This document shows positions 25,289 to 56,170 of a DNA stretch of 64,000 bases, in pieces. The notes under the pieces were generated by a model that saw only the letters and a program-made list of their open reading frames with translations, was not told where the DNA came from and did no database searches. Origin of the DNA: the human T2T-CHM13v2.0 reference genome, Homo sapiens; assembly GCF_009914755.1 (NCBI RefSeq), contig NC_060931.1; one strand, written 5' to 3'. The translations under genes were made by a program, and so were the position numbers. The first letter of the stretch is position 1, and each line of letters opens with the position of its first letter.

Positions 25289-27149
25289 GGGAAGGTAAGA
25301 GTTTTGTTCTCCAAACTTTCAGTCATTAGAGTGCCTCCTTGTTACTTTTGCCATATGCTTGTATCATCTGTACTGTTAATTCATAACAGTTTTCTTAAAA
25401 TTTACTAAAGAAACCCAGAAATCCTTAGTGATAAGAGCTGTGAACTCATACATTGATCTATATTAGATAAATACATAACGTTGATATTATGTACATTGCT
25501 GTATATTAAAGAAATATAACATTGATCCATATTAAATGAGTTTTTCAAAAGTATGTATACTTTATGACACACTGGCACAGTGAGTGGAAGTGTAGGTTCT
25601 GAAATCAAGGTTTGGTGCTTTTAGATCCTAATTGTGCTATGGCCTCCCTCAGTGATACTAGATAATAAACTTAAGCCTCCACTTCCATTTTATTTGTTAA
25701 ATGAGGTTAGTATGCCACCTGCCTTGTAAGGTTATTGTAAAATTAAACAGCAAGTGTACAAGCAGTCAGCACAGCCCTAGTACATAGGTGTTGCCCAAAT
25801 ACTAGCTATCATTCAGTAGAATAATTTGTAAATACCTTGCTCCTCCTTCAAAGTTAGTTCTCACACAAGTGTCTCATTTTTAAAGTGTTTACATAGTATT
25901 CATTGTAAGAATGTATTGTGATTTATGAAACATAGCCTTTTTTAATTTTGTTTTTTTTCCTGTCATTTAAAAAAAAAGCAACAAATAACAGGATTGCTTC
26001 GCAATATGTATCACCATATTTCCCTCCCAAAGGACTGTACTAATTTGCTGTTCTGTCAGTTTAGACTTTATCACTTAGTGATAGTGGGTTTAAAAATAAA
26101 AATTGTTTTTGTTTTAGTTAACATTTTATTATTATTCACCAGCCATTAAGGAACACATTAATTACTATTTATTCTTTCTCGTTGAATCTGTGCAATTTTC
26201 TGAGAAGTAGGTAAACCCGCCCCTGTGTGTGTATGTGTCTGTGTGTGTGAGATGCAATTTGTGTGGTGCTAGAAATTGAGAAATTACAGTAATTTCTTAT
26301 TATTCTGGTCAGAGATCCCTGGAATATCAAAATTGTCTGCAATCTATAGTCACTGTTTTCAAGTCTATAGGGTCCCTGGGAGAAATACTTATATTAAATA
26401 TTTGCACTGACAAATGGACAACAAAAGGACTCTACGTTTTATTCTTAACTAGGACTTGGGCACCAAACTCCAGGGTAAAAGACTGGAATGAACCCAGCTG
26501 GTTCAGGTGGAAATGTTGTTTTTTTGGAATCTAGTTAAGCTTAAATTGTTTCAAACTAAAGCAGGCCATGAGATGAACCCTTTTCATCTTCCCAGTTCTC
26601 AAACACACTGAGATCTTCCCCACATTTCACTCCTTTCTGTCAGTTGCTCGAGGTCATGTAACCAGAGTGAGCCCATTTGCCCTGGCTGACTGCTGATCTG
26701 GCCTTGGACACCTGCCTTGGCCTCTTCTACCGAAGCTGCAGGTTTGGCCCTGTCTCTCCCTTACTGCGGTGGTGAGTGGGGTGCAGGGGGGAGTTGACAA
26801 CCTTCTTAACCACTTCAGTCACATGAAAGAAGCAGACAAGTGAGCTTGCATCTGTGTGCTGACCTTTTAACAGTGATGCTGCCCAGTACACTCAGACCCA
26901 ATCAGTGTTCTCACATCTGCCTTCCTCCTTCCTGAGAATTAGGAGAAAGAAGAGCTCAGCCTTGATTTCTTACCTCAAAAGACAGCACAAACAAACTTGC
27001 AGCCATTCTCAGAAGTATTGGTTTTCTGTTGGGTTGTTGCTTGTGTCAAGTCAGCTAGAAAGAGGTGGAGTAAAAACTGGCCTGCTGAGTAGTACCCATA
27101 ATCCATGTCCTCCCCAACCCCCCAACTACACATCAACCTGCAGGGAGTG

Positions 27150-27650
27150 ACTTCTTACTCTTGAGACGCTCTTTCCTCTTGCTTAATGGTTCGTGACAGT
27201 TCTTCATTTTCCTCCTACCACTCTCAATTTTTTTTTTTTTTTGGCTGGCTTATTCTCCTGTATCTGGCCATTAAATGTTGATGTCCCACCAAGCAGCCTT
27301 AGGCCCTTCTGTCATTCTTCTTTCCCTTAACAGTCACAGCCATGTCCATGGTCTCACTCATGGGTGAATCCAACATTTTTATCTCTACCCCAACCTCTGC
27401 TGTTGAGTACTTCATTTGCTAATATCTAATTGCCTACTAGACATCTCTACTTGGATGTCCCAAAACTAATAAATTCAGTATGTCCAAGATTTATTTCATA
27501 CTCTTCCTCCAAAAATGCTGTTGGCTATCTCAGTGAAAGGCATCACCACCTAAGCAGTTGTGCAAGTCAGAAACCTGGGACTTGTCCATGATTCTCTTCC
27601 TCCCCTCCCCCACCAAATTCAATCAATCACCAGGCCCCATTGATTGTTTT
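27150..27650 (+). mobile_element. L2 fragment
   Basis: gacatctctacttggatgtc; ctcagtgaaaggcatcacc...agaaacctggga. Confidence 0.7.
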
Positions 27651-27654
27651 TCAC

Positions 27655-31000
<3,346 letters not shown>

Positions 31001-31007
31001 TGTATTT

Positions 31008-31933
31008 CAGCAATTCTCAAAGTGTGGTCCCAGGACTATGCAGGTTTCCTGAGACCCTTTCAGAGGCCAGGTCAAAACTATTTTGATAGTAACACTTGGT
31101 TGTTTTTTGCCTCACACTCATTCTCCCACAAGTGTACAATAGGGTTTTCCAGAGGCCGCATGAAATGCAGTGTTGCAACAGATTGAATGCAGAAGCAGAT
31201 AAGAGAATCCAGCTGTCTCCCATCAAGCCAAACATTAAGGAGATTTCCAAAACATATCCAACAGTGCCACTCTTCTCACTCATTTTTTTAATCTGTTTTG
31301 GAAAACAGTTATTTTTCATTAAAGTGTTATTTATGTTAGCATATAATAGATTTCTTGTTATTTTTAAATGAATGAATTGATATTTAAAACTTTCCTGTTT
31401 GGACCTGGTGTGGTGGCTCATACCTGTAATCCATCAGTTTGGGAGGCTGAGGCGGGCAGATAACCTGAGGTTAGGAGTTCGAGACCAGCCTGAGCAACAT
31501 GGTGAAACCCTGTTTCTACTAAAAATACAAAATTAGCTGGATGTGATAGCACATGCATTTAATCCCAGCTACTTGGGAGGCTGAGGCAGGAGAATCACTT
31601 GAACCTGAGAAGTGGAGAGGTTACAGTGAGCCGAGATCATGCCACTGCACTCCAGCCTGGGTGACAGAGGGAGACTCTATCTCAAAAAAGTAAAAATAAA
31701 TAAATAAATTTCCTGTTTTAATTTCTAATGTGATAAATATAATAGGTATGTGCCACTGCACTCCAGCCTGGGTGACAGAGGGAGATTCCATCTCAAAAAA
31801 AGTAAAAATAAATAAATTTCCTGTTGTAATTTCTAATGTGATAAATATAATAGGTATAATGCATGTTAACTAAAGCATTTTAGAGTCTCAGTAGTTTGCA
31901 GGAATGTCAAACCAAAAAGTTTGAGAATCACTC
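31008..31933. mobile_element. Charlie1-like hAT element with Alu (31401-31710) and local duplication
   Basis: Termini cagcaattctcaaa / tttgagaatcactc; agattgaatgcagaagcagataagagaatccagctgtct. Confidence 0.75.
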
Positions 31934-32094
31934 GTCTAGTTTTATGTCTTGATATCCAGTGGATAATAAATCTTGGTTATGTGTGGCCCTGGGCCCTGTG
32001 CATTTCCACATACATTTTAGAATCAGCTGTGATGTTCCACAAGAATACCTGTTAGGATTTTGATTGGAATTGTGTTGAATCAGTTTGGGAATAA

Positions 32095-33050
<956 letters not shown>

Positions 33051-33594
33051 TTAACAAGAAAATGAAAGATATTTCTGAAAAACATTGCAAAACTTTACTG
33101 AAGCTCATAAAAGAATTGAATAAATGCTAAAACATATTTTGTTCTTGAACAGGATAGCTCTCACATTTGTAAGATGTCAGTATCTGCTGTAAGTTGCTGT
33201 ATTTTATATTGTTAGAAAGATCCTTTTTTACTTTTTATGATTTCTAAAGTTAAGATACGCCTTAAAGCTGATGACATCTTCCAGGTACTTCTGGCCATAT
33301 GGTAATTATGAAGTTAGGTTAGGAGCATCTTAACCAACTTACCTTACATAACTTTACTTTCATTATAAGCACAAGTTAGATGGGATATGAAAACAGAAAC
33401 ATTTAAGTCTAAAGAAGCTATTTCAATTGGCATAAAATAACTGTGCATCTTAAATTGAAAATGTATTAAATTTAGTGAAATAGGCCAGGCACAGTGGCTC
33501 ATGCCTATAATCCAGCACTTTGGGAGGCTGAGGATCACTTGAGGCCAGGAGTTGGAGACCAGCCTGGGCCATATAGTGAAATGCCATCTGTGAG

Positions 33595-33600
33595 AAAAAA

Positions 33601-33680
<80 letters not shown>
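33595..33680 (+). repeat. Compound microsatellite A24(TA)17(CA)14 in the tail of an Alu monomer
   Basis: Read directly. Confidence 0.95.
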
Positions 33681-33684
<4 letters not shown>

Positions 33685-33972
33685 ATTTGTGAATTTAAAG
33701 TAATCCCAATTAATATCTCAATAGGCTTTTCAAAACTTGATTCTAAAGTTTATATGAAAGAACGAAAATGAAACTTTTCACAAAAATTATGAAAATCTGT
33801 TCATGAGGGAGGTATTAGTGCTGTGAAATATTAAAGTGTATGTTGAAGCCAAACCAATTTGAGCATCAGATCACTGGCACAGAGCTGACAGCACTGAAGT
33901 AGCCTCATCTATAGAAATGTTTTATGTGGTCAACAGTGGTATATGTGATGAAAATAGTGAATTCCTTAGTAA

Positions 33973-34272
<300 letters not shown>

Positions 34273-34665
34273 TGACCTCAAGTGATTCACTCGCCTCAGC
34301 CTCCCAAAGTGCTAGGATTTTAGGTGTGAGCCACCGCGCCCAGCCATTATCTCACTTCTTTTGTTTAACATGTCTATGAGATTTATTTATGTTGTATATT
34401 GCAGTTCTTCTTTAGGATATCACATTTTATCTGTTTTACTATTGATGAAAATTTTGGTTGTTTCTATATTTTGGCTAAAGTGAATAAAACTGCTAAGAAC
34501 ATTTATACATGTTTGGTGGACATAAATACTCATTTTCTGTTGGAATTGAGTGGGACTGCTGGGTCATAGGATGTATGTTTGTTTAGTTTTGGTATATATT
34601 GCCAGTTTTCCAGAATAATTGCAACAGCTTACCCTCCTACCAGCAATGTAATAGGTTCCGCTCCT

Positions 34666-34783
34666 ATCTTCCCCTCCCTCCCTCCCTTCCTCCCTCCTTC
34701 CTTCCTTCCTTCTTTCCCTCCCTCCCTCCCTCCTTCCCTTTTCCTCTTCCTTTTCTTCTTCCTCTTTCTCTTCCTGCCTCTCT
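34666..34783 (+). repeat. (CCCT/CCTT)n polypyrimidine tract
   Basis: Read directly. Confidence 0.9.
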
Positions 34784-34923
34784 TATGATTCTTCATCATT
34801 CAACTTGAGCCCTTGCATACAGAAAAAAAAGTTGATGAATTTGCGTAAAAACAGACACGCTGCTGGGCCTGGTGGCTCATGCCTATAATCCCAGCACTTT
34901 GAGAGGCTGAGGCAGGCTGATCA

Positions 34924-35145
<222 letters not shown>

Positions 35146-36215
35146 TCATAAATAAATAAATAAACAGACAACCTAGACATGGCAAAAACTAGTATAAACA
35201 AAATTGGGACTCCAGTGATAAGCTGGGAAGAAATAGTTGCCATGCAGCATGTTCAAAGGGCTAATTTCCTTTAAAAAGCAGGATCGCTTGCTGATAGAAA
35301 AGACCAACAACTCAGTAGACAGGTGGGCACATTCAGAGACAGTTCAAAGGAAAGACAAGTGGCTCCTAAATGTATGAAATGATCCTCAGTTGCAGTCAGT
35401 GTAAGAGTTAAGCAAATTGAAACTATACTGAAAGCATTTTAAAAATACCCGATTAACATGATTAAGAAGTTTGATTAGCTATTGACTAAGGTGTAGGAAG
35501 ATAGCTACTTCCGTATATTAATGGTAAGTTTCTAAACTCTATGGAGAGCAGTTGAATAATATCCATTAAAGTTTAAGAATGCACATACCTTGTGTAGTAT
35601 AGTATAGTTTAGATCAATTGTGATGTATTTACACAATGGGATATTATAGAGCAATAAGAATGAATGAATTACAGTTCACCCAACATGAATGACTCACAAT
35701 CATAATGTTGGGTGAAAGAGCCAAACACAAATATAAATTCAAAAAAAGACAAAATTGTGGTGTTAGAAGTCAGGGTAGTATTACTCTTGCGGAGCTCACT
35801 GGATGGAGACATGAGGGGATTTTGGAGGCTTATAATCTTTTTTTTTTTTTTTTAATCTCTGTGTTATGTGGAATTACACTGAGAAAATTCATCAAGCTAT
35901 GAACTTAAGAATTATGTACTGTTCTGAATGTATGCTATACTTCAATACACATTTTAATATAAATAAAAATAGTGTGTATACATCAAGTCACACATCACAC
36001 AATCACACATAAAGAATGCACATAACTTTTGTTTTAGCAGTTTCATCCTAGGCATGTAACATATATTTACACACACTCTTGTATATGTGGGGCTTAAAAA
36101 TAGCATGAAGGTATTCATTGCTGTGTTTATAAGCACAAAAACTTGTGCAAAACCTAATTACCCATAACTAGGGAACTGGTAAAATAATTGATACAGTCAT
36201 ACAGTAAATTTGTAG

Positions 36216-36251
<36 letters not shown>

Positions 36252-37924
36252 AGACAGAGTCTCACTTTGTCACCCAGGCTGGAGTATAGTGGCACGATCT
36301 CGGCTCACTGCAACCTCTGCCTCCTGGGTTCAAGCAATTCTCTGCCTTAGCCTCCCGAGTGTATGGGTTACAGGCGCCTGCCATCACGCCCGGCTAATTT
36401 TTGTATTTTTAGTAGAGACGGGGTTTCACCATCTTGCCAGGCTGGTCTTGAACTCCTGACTTCATGATCCACCCACCTCGGCCTCCCAAAGTGTTGGGAT
36501 TACAGGTGTGAGCCACTACGCCCGGCCAGGTAGCAGCTCCTAAAAGGAGTAAGGCAGTTGTATATGAAGTAATTTAGAAAAGTCTCTGAGATACATTAAA
36601 TGAAAAGACCAAAGTGCATGAACAGTATGTGTAGTATGCCACCGTTTGTGTATGGGTGTGTTTTATCTCTATAGGCATATATTTGCAAGCATATATAATT
36701 GGAATATATTTGGAAAGATGGGAAGATATGCTAACACTGGCTGTCTCTGAGGAGTGGAACCGAGTGGCCAGAAGGCAGAATTGGGTGACACTTTCTATAC
36801 TAATTTGTGACTTAACATTTTTTAAAAATTTTAATTGTGATAAAATACATGTAGCAAAACTTACTATCTTAAACATTTTTAAGGGTACTGCTCAGTAGTG
36901 TAAAGTATATTCATATTGTTGTACAACCAGTCTCCAAAACTTTTTCCTAGCCATTAAACAAGTACTTAATACTTCCCCTACCCTTGGCAGTCACCATTCT
37001 ACTTTCTGTTTCTATGAATTTGACTACTCTAGATAGCTCATGCAAGTGGAATCATATAGTGTTTGCCCTTTTGTAACTGGTTTGTTTCACTTAGCACAAT
37101 GTTCTCAAGGTCCATACTATTTTGTGACTTTTGAATACTTTACTTTGTTTATTATCCATTTTTAAAAGAGCACTAAAGTAAAAAGACATGACCTTATTCA
37201 GAGCTGATTAATTACATGGTAAAAAGTTGAAGGCTGGCGTGTCTTATTCATTTCAACCAATATTAAATGCCAGTTTGGGCAGCAAAACAACTTTCTGCCA
37301 AAGTGCCATTTGAAGCCTGGTTTATGACATGTTTCTCCTTTTGTCATCTTTGGGTGCCACCCAAAATGCAGGCTCAAGGCCGCAGCCTCTTGACTCTGTT
37401 CAACAGTTTCCCCCCTTGGCTTATTGTCCAACATTGGCCTACTCTTCCAAATCCACCTCTTTATCCCAGGAACAAGCTGCTTCTATGCCAAGGGCATGGC
37501 TTCCTCTTTGCAGATTGTCTCATATCTCTGACCTGGAAAAAAGGGGGTTTTTCATTCTGCTAGCTTTTTAGTGCTGCTTTGAGATCATTATTCTAGAGCC
37601 CTCTGCAGTAATGTTTTTTCTCATGGATTGAAATTCATTGTTTCCAGTAGGATTTTTGACTAGACGTGGAAACAGAAGGACAAATTGAAATGACTCTGAA
37701 GCTTATGGGAGGACTGAGTATCATTAACTGGCACAGAGGGAGAAGGGCAGGCTCTAGGTGGAAGGTATGTGACTTGCTTTTGAAAACAGTGGTGTGAGAT
37801 TCTGGCCTGTGAAAACAGCTGGAGTTACGAGATAGAAATGGGGACTTAAAAAATAGCTTCATACCAGACGTGGTGGCTCACGCCTGTAATCCCAGCACTT
37901 TGGGAGGCTGAGACAGGCGGATCA

Positions 37925-38289
<365 letters not shown>

Positions 38290-38635
38290 TCACAAGGTCA
38301 GGAGATCGAGACAATCCTGGCTAACACGGTGAAACCTCATCTCTACTAAAAATACAAAAAAATTAGCCAGGCGTGGTGGCGGGCACCTGTAGTCTCAGCT
38401 ACTCGGGAGGCTGAGGCAGGAGAATGGCATGAACCCGGGAGGGGAGGCGGAGCTTGCAGTGAGCTGAGATCATGCCACTGCACTCCAGCCTGGGTGACAG
38501 AGCGAGGCTCTATCTCAAAAAAAAAAAAAGAAAATATAGAAAAATAAAATGTTACACACAAAACAGATCATCATTCTTAATACCTTAAGTGAATTAACTG
38601 CTGTTTGTTCCTCTGGTTGTATATGTATAAAACTA

Positions 38636-39112
<477 letters not shown>

Positions 39113-39649
39113 CTACACAGATGGAGAAGAAAATGAGGCAAGAATAGGATTTTGGAAACTTGCCTAGAACTTTCAAGATTCAAGAATCAGAAATGATAAT
39201 CAAAGAGATAGGAGAATTAAGAGTTTAGTGTCAAACTAAGAAGAGTGAATTCCAAGAAAAAAAGGAGGAAAAATTTTGTTCGGTGTTATAAAGAGGTAGA
39301 GCTGGATGAAGACTAAGCATTTAAATACTAAGTTGAGGGCATAGTAGCTGGCATGTGCCTATAATCCCAGTGTTTTGGGAGGCCTAGGCGGGAGGATGCC
39401 TTGAGCCCAGGAGATTGAAGCTGCAGTGAATTATGAGCCAATGCACTCCAGCCTGGGTGAGAGTGAGACCCTATCTCAAAACAGCAACAACAACAAGATA
39501 CAAATTGAGAAACTGTTACTTGATTTGCGATATGTATTCTGTCCAGCAGTGATAGAATAACAAGGACTGGGTTTACCTTGCTATTTTAAGCAACAATATA
39601 TGAAATAGCAATTTGTAGGCATTGGGTAACAGGCAAAGCAAGACTGTGG

Positions 39650-42920
<3,271 letters not shown>

Positions 42921-43004
42921 AAAAATTCATTCAGGTTAAAAATACAAGAGAAGATAAAAATCTCCATTTTCACCATCATTAAGTGTACTTCTTTCCAGTT
43001 GATT

Positions 43005-43225
43005 TTTGTCTGTGTATATATATGTGTGTATACATTTCTTCCTGTGTATGTATGTATATATGTATGTTATACACATCGTATACATATTATGTATATATAC
43101 ATGCACGTGTATATACATACACATGCCTGTATGTATATGTATATGTATACATATAGGTATGTATATATATACACCTACATACATACACACACATATGCAT
43201 ACAAATGCAGGTGTATACACATAAA
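43005..43225 (+). repeat. TA/TG/CA-rich low-complexity tract
   Basis: Degenerate (TATG/TACA)n. Confidence 0.85.
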
Positions 43226-43420
43226 TAATGTGCAGTTTTTTAGAAACAAAATTGGAATCATGCTTTTTGTTTCCTTTAACTTTTAATCGTGAACATTTGG
43301 ACCTGTAATAAAATATTTGAAAACAGCTTTTAATGTCTGTATAGTATTCCACTGAGTGCCACATTATAACTTGTTTCAGTCTAGATAATTTGTCACATAA
43401 GTTGTTTTAAATTGGCGTGG

Positions 43421-48136
<4,716 letters not shown>

Positions 48137-49639
48137 CTTGTTTTTGCCTTTTAATCTTACCTGTTGTTAAAAAGCCTGTTGCTTTCCTTCCTCGTAAGGA
48201 AGTATTAAGATAATTAAAAGTAACAAGTTGGCTAACGAGTTCACATCTTTTAAAAGTTGGAAACAAACTTGTTTCTTACCTTGCAGAAGCACTGAGTCTG
48301 TTCTGTAATTCAAATTTCTCCTCAGTACCATTGTTTTAATATGAACATTATTTTAACATTAATTCACTAACAGTATCCTTTTCTATTAGCACATAATAAA
48401 GACAATAATCATTAATATGTATTTGCAATCTCATGATTCTTATTATGACACTACACACATACTGTTTAGTTCAACTGACATTTTTTGTACCGAGATCACA
48501 CACCAAGCAGTGTGTGATTTTCTTTCTGGTGCAAGCTGCTTAATCTGGGGAACTACTCCAGAATGTTTTCTTGTCATTGCAGCTGTGCTATCAGAACATT
48601 CTTGTATACAAAATTCCAGACCAGTTTTGTTGCCAACATAATTCTCATCATTTTACCCAGTTCAGAACTAGTTGTGTTTGTTGGATGTAAAACTGAGAAA
48701 AAGAGTTAGTTCTTCCTTCACATCACCATCATCTTTGGATAGCACATTAGCAATATCTGTGCGCTTGTCAAGGTACAATGAAAAGCACTTTGCAAGTTTT
48801 TTTTTTTTGTAAATTGGTCTTCTGTATCATTAGTTTCCAAAGGTAGCAAGCTGTGCTTTCATTGGAAAGTGCAGATTTACCCTTTCATGTAAGTGATATT
48901 CACTTGTTCTTGACAATAGCATTTTCATTTTAGCAATCCAAAGTGCTGGGACAGGAAGCATGTAAAACATTTATGGATAAAATACTGATCATCTGCTTCT
49001 ATTAGCCTTTAAAATGTAGTATCTTTCAAAGAATTCTCTCTGTTTTGAGCTTATGTCTGTACATTTGGTTTATAAATGCCCCTTAAATTTTGATGATTTT
49101 GTTGCTCCATTAACCAGTATATCTCTTCAGTTAACACACTGTGATGTTACACTTCACCATTAATTATGGCTACAATCCTGAACTCAGTATATGAGGGCTC
49201 AGCCCCACTCCTGAGTGAAAGTGGTGTGGCATCTTTTGGTCTTCATCTCTTTGGATTCACTTCCTTCACTGTCCTGTGGTTTACTATATTCAGAGGCATG
49301 TCTTTTCCACTGAAAAGATGCTGCAAAATCAACTGAAGCTTGTTTATCCATATGTAAATTTGGTTAAAAAGAATGTAAACTTCATTTCTCTAGTTTAACT
49401 CATGTTAAATTACAAATTTAAATACAGGCTTAAAATGAAAATGTTTGCAAAATTAAGTAGTTATAAAAATGAATAAACCCATGCATTTTCTCAGATTTTT
49501 GTATACATTTAGGTAGTTGGTAAAATAGGCATAGCATTTCCCACATAACTTGATTCTGCCATACCTGCCTAGTACATGTCATGCCATATATACCTCCCCA
49601 TGTGAGCTTGACAGCACCTAGATAGGTTATTACTCTCTG

Positions 49640-51100
49640 TTCAGCAAGACAAATCACTGGTCGTGCACTTGCATGTCATGGCATTGTTGAATGTGTATAA
49701 AAGTTTTGTTTGTTTGTTTGTTTGTTTGTTTTTAAGCAGAGACAGCATCTTGCTATTTTGCCCAGGTTAGTCTTGAACTCCTGGGCTCAAGCAGTCCTCC
49801 CACCTCAGTGTCCCAAAGTGTTGGGATCACAGGCATGAGCCACCATGCCTGGCCTATACAACTTTCTAAACACTTATTCTCAATTTCTGAACTGACCCTG
49901 TCGTGGATTCATAACAAATAATTCATAGACCAGCACTGGTTTGTGGTTTTGCTCTGATAGGCATTTTGCTCTGACTGGATGATTGTATCATTCTTAGAAA
50001 GTTATAGGCTTTACATGCATTAAGTCCATAGAAAATAGCTAGTTTCACTGCATCTTTTTAAAGGATTTATTTGATACCTATTATATCACACAACAGGGCA
50101 CATTACCCACTATTGACATATAATCCCATAATATAATATCAAGGTAAAAGGGGGAGGACTGATTGAGCCTGGGAAACAGAGGTTGCAGTGAGCCGCTATT
50201 GCACCATTGTACTCCAGCCTGAGTGACAGAGCAAGACCCCATCTCAGGGAAAAAACAAGAAATGCTGTAACTTTATATTTCATCGTATTGCACTCTAATT
50301 TTCAAAAGCTTGACAATGCATTCATTTATAGGCGTCTACTATTTTAACTAGAATTTCAGAACATTTAAAGTAGGCATGAGCTGTGCGTAAATGTTTCTGA
50401 GGTGTGAATTTACAAAAGTAGCTTATATTAGTGGAGCTGTAGAATATTGTTTTTTCTCCAGGAAGCCACCAGGAACCATATATTGTGTGCTGGAGCTTGT
50501 GGCTCTTTCCGAGCTCACAGTGTTGACAGCTGATGCATTTCAGTGCGTGTAACATCCCGTGTTTCTCAGCTGGCTCAATCGCATGTCAGTTTCTTCTGAT
50601 TTGTGTAATGGATTAGTGAGAATAACCTCATGAAGCATCTGCATGTTGAATCTTAATGCACAAAGGCCCATGTAGCAGGCAGTATGTTCCTCAACAGCTG
50701 ACTGAGGGCTCCAAGGAAGCTTTACTGACACCATGACTAGGTTTGTCGTGGCTCGTACCCTTTGAAACTGGGCACTTAAGGCCTAGTGTGTAAGAATCTA
50801 GTACATCAGTGCTTCTCACATTGTGATGAGGAAATACTCCTCCCACCCATCAGGTGGGGATCTATACTTTGTAAAATACAATTGAAACAAAGTACTAGAA
50901 AAATTCATTTTAAAAGATAAAAATATAAAATATAAAACATATGCCACATTTTTATTAATAGATTCAATCATAAAATTACATTTTAGTAAATTTACAACAT
51001 GGGAAAGTTTTTCTTTTCCATTTCTGTATGTATTTCATCATGGACTAGTAAACAGTTCCAGGAGCAGCACCGGTCCGTGGAACCCACTCTGAGTAGCACT
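49640..51100 (-). mobile_element. MER5C-like hAT fragments (~49640-49965, split by an Alu monomer; ~50807-51100)
   Basis: cactggtcgtgcacttgcatgtc; accggtccgtggaacccactctgagtagcactg; cagtgcttctca terminus. Confidence 0.55.
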
Positions 51101-51568
51101 GTGGTAGTTACTGAGCCTTGTGTGCCAATCTGTCTGCGTTACTGGCAAGATTAGGTAGGGAGGTGTGGGTATCTCAGAGAGCTGGTAATGCTGTCAGCAG
51201 CAAAACTGCAAATGAAAGAGCATCCTGTGGGGCTGCTCCCTCCACAGATCTGAAATGTGTATGTCAGAGCCCATCTTGGCTGCTATAACTATGAAAAATT
51301 GAATTTTTATGAAATATATATCATATTCTTAATTCTGATAGTGAATTTTCTGTAGAGGAAGATTGCTTCTCTGAGTTCTGGGAACGTTCCTGGTTCCCTT
51401 CTTTAGCACTGTTGCATAGACCCTTTGTTTTTTTCATGTAACGTCCTTATGGAAGGAGATCTGGGCCTGCTATTCATTGTACTACAGCAGTCAAATAGGA
51501 GTTGGGGTGTTCTCCACCCAGATCTTCACACACATATAATATTCTGTGCCATTAGAAGGGAAAAAAGA

Positions 51569-55059
<3,491 letters not shown>

Positions 55060-56011
55060 TAAAACATTCCCAATTCAAATTCAGGACTTCAGAGTGTTTA
55101 TTTTATCTCCTATATCTTATCCCTTTTCTTCTACACCAGGAGTTTTAGGTCTCAAGGATGTTAGATGATAGTATTAGCATATCACGTAATTAGTCATTTA
55201 CTTAATTCCTCATTTTACAAAGTGAGACTTTCTCCCGTGCACCAAGAGCCCCAACGAGACAAAAAAGTGTCCTGGTTACTTTCTCACAACTCTTTTTTCT
55301 TTATCTTCACATTCCTAATCCAATTGGTGATTAAGTCCTATTGATTTTACTTTAATGTTTCTCATCTCCACCCCTTCCCTCCACCTTTTCTCTGTGCGTT
55401 GATTTAGGCCTTCATTGTTCTTCTAGGTTTCCTATCCTTCCATTCTGCTGTGCATGTGGCTATGAGGGTATAGTGTAAAGTGCTTTTTGCCTGCATAGGA
55501 CAGTCAGAATTCCTGTAAGTCTCTCCATGATTTGTCTTCTGTCTACCTCTCCTTCCTTGATACACTATACTCCAGGCATTGGAAGTAACCTGCAGTTTGC
55601 CAGACTTTTCATGTTCCTCTGCCTTTGCTCAGCTACTTACTCATTGGGTCTCATATGCCCTTTCCTCTCCCATGATAAATTTTTCCCAACATTTTATTAT
55701 GAAAATATGAAACATACAGAAAACTTTAAAGAATTTTCTAGAGAATGCCTGTATATCCACCACTCAGATTCTACCATTAACATTTCACTTGTACTTGCAT
55801 TTTTATTTGCTATACAATTATCTACCCCTGTATCCATCACTAAAAACTTTCTCCTAAGTACTTTAGCATGCATATCATTAGTTCATTATTTGACACATTT
55901 TCTTTTGAGCCAAAATACACATACAATGAAATACACAGATTTGAAATGTATATTCTCTGAATTTTAATGAACATGTACGCCTAAGTAAGCCAAAACTCTG
56001 TCAAGTTATAT

Positions 56012-56170
56012 AGGGTGGTGGCTTTGCCTACCAGGGAACATTTGACAATGGTCTGGAAATAGTCTTGGTGTCACAACTGGGCAGGGTCGCGATAGGTTAG
56101 TAGTGACATCTAGCAGGTAGAGTCCAGGGACAGCTACAGTGACAGTTCTGTCTCGATAGTGCCACTGTTG
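56012..56170 (+). mobile_element. MER20-like hAT fragment
   Basis: ccagggaacatttgacaatggtctggaaa...tgtcacaactggg...catctagcaggtagagtccaggga. Confidence 0.7.
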
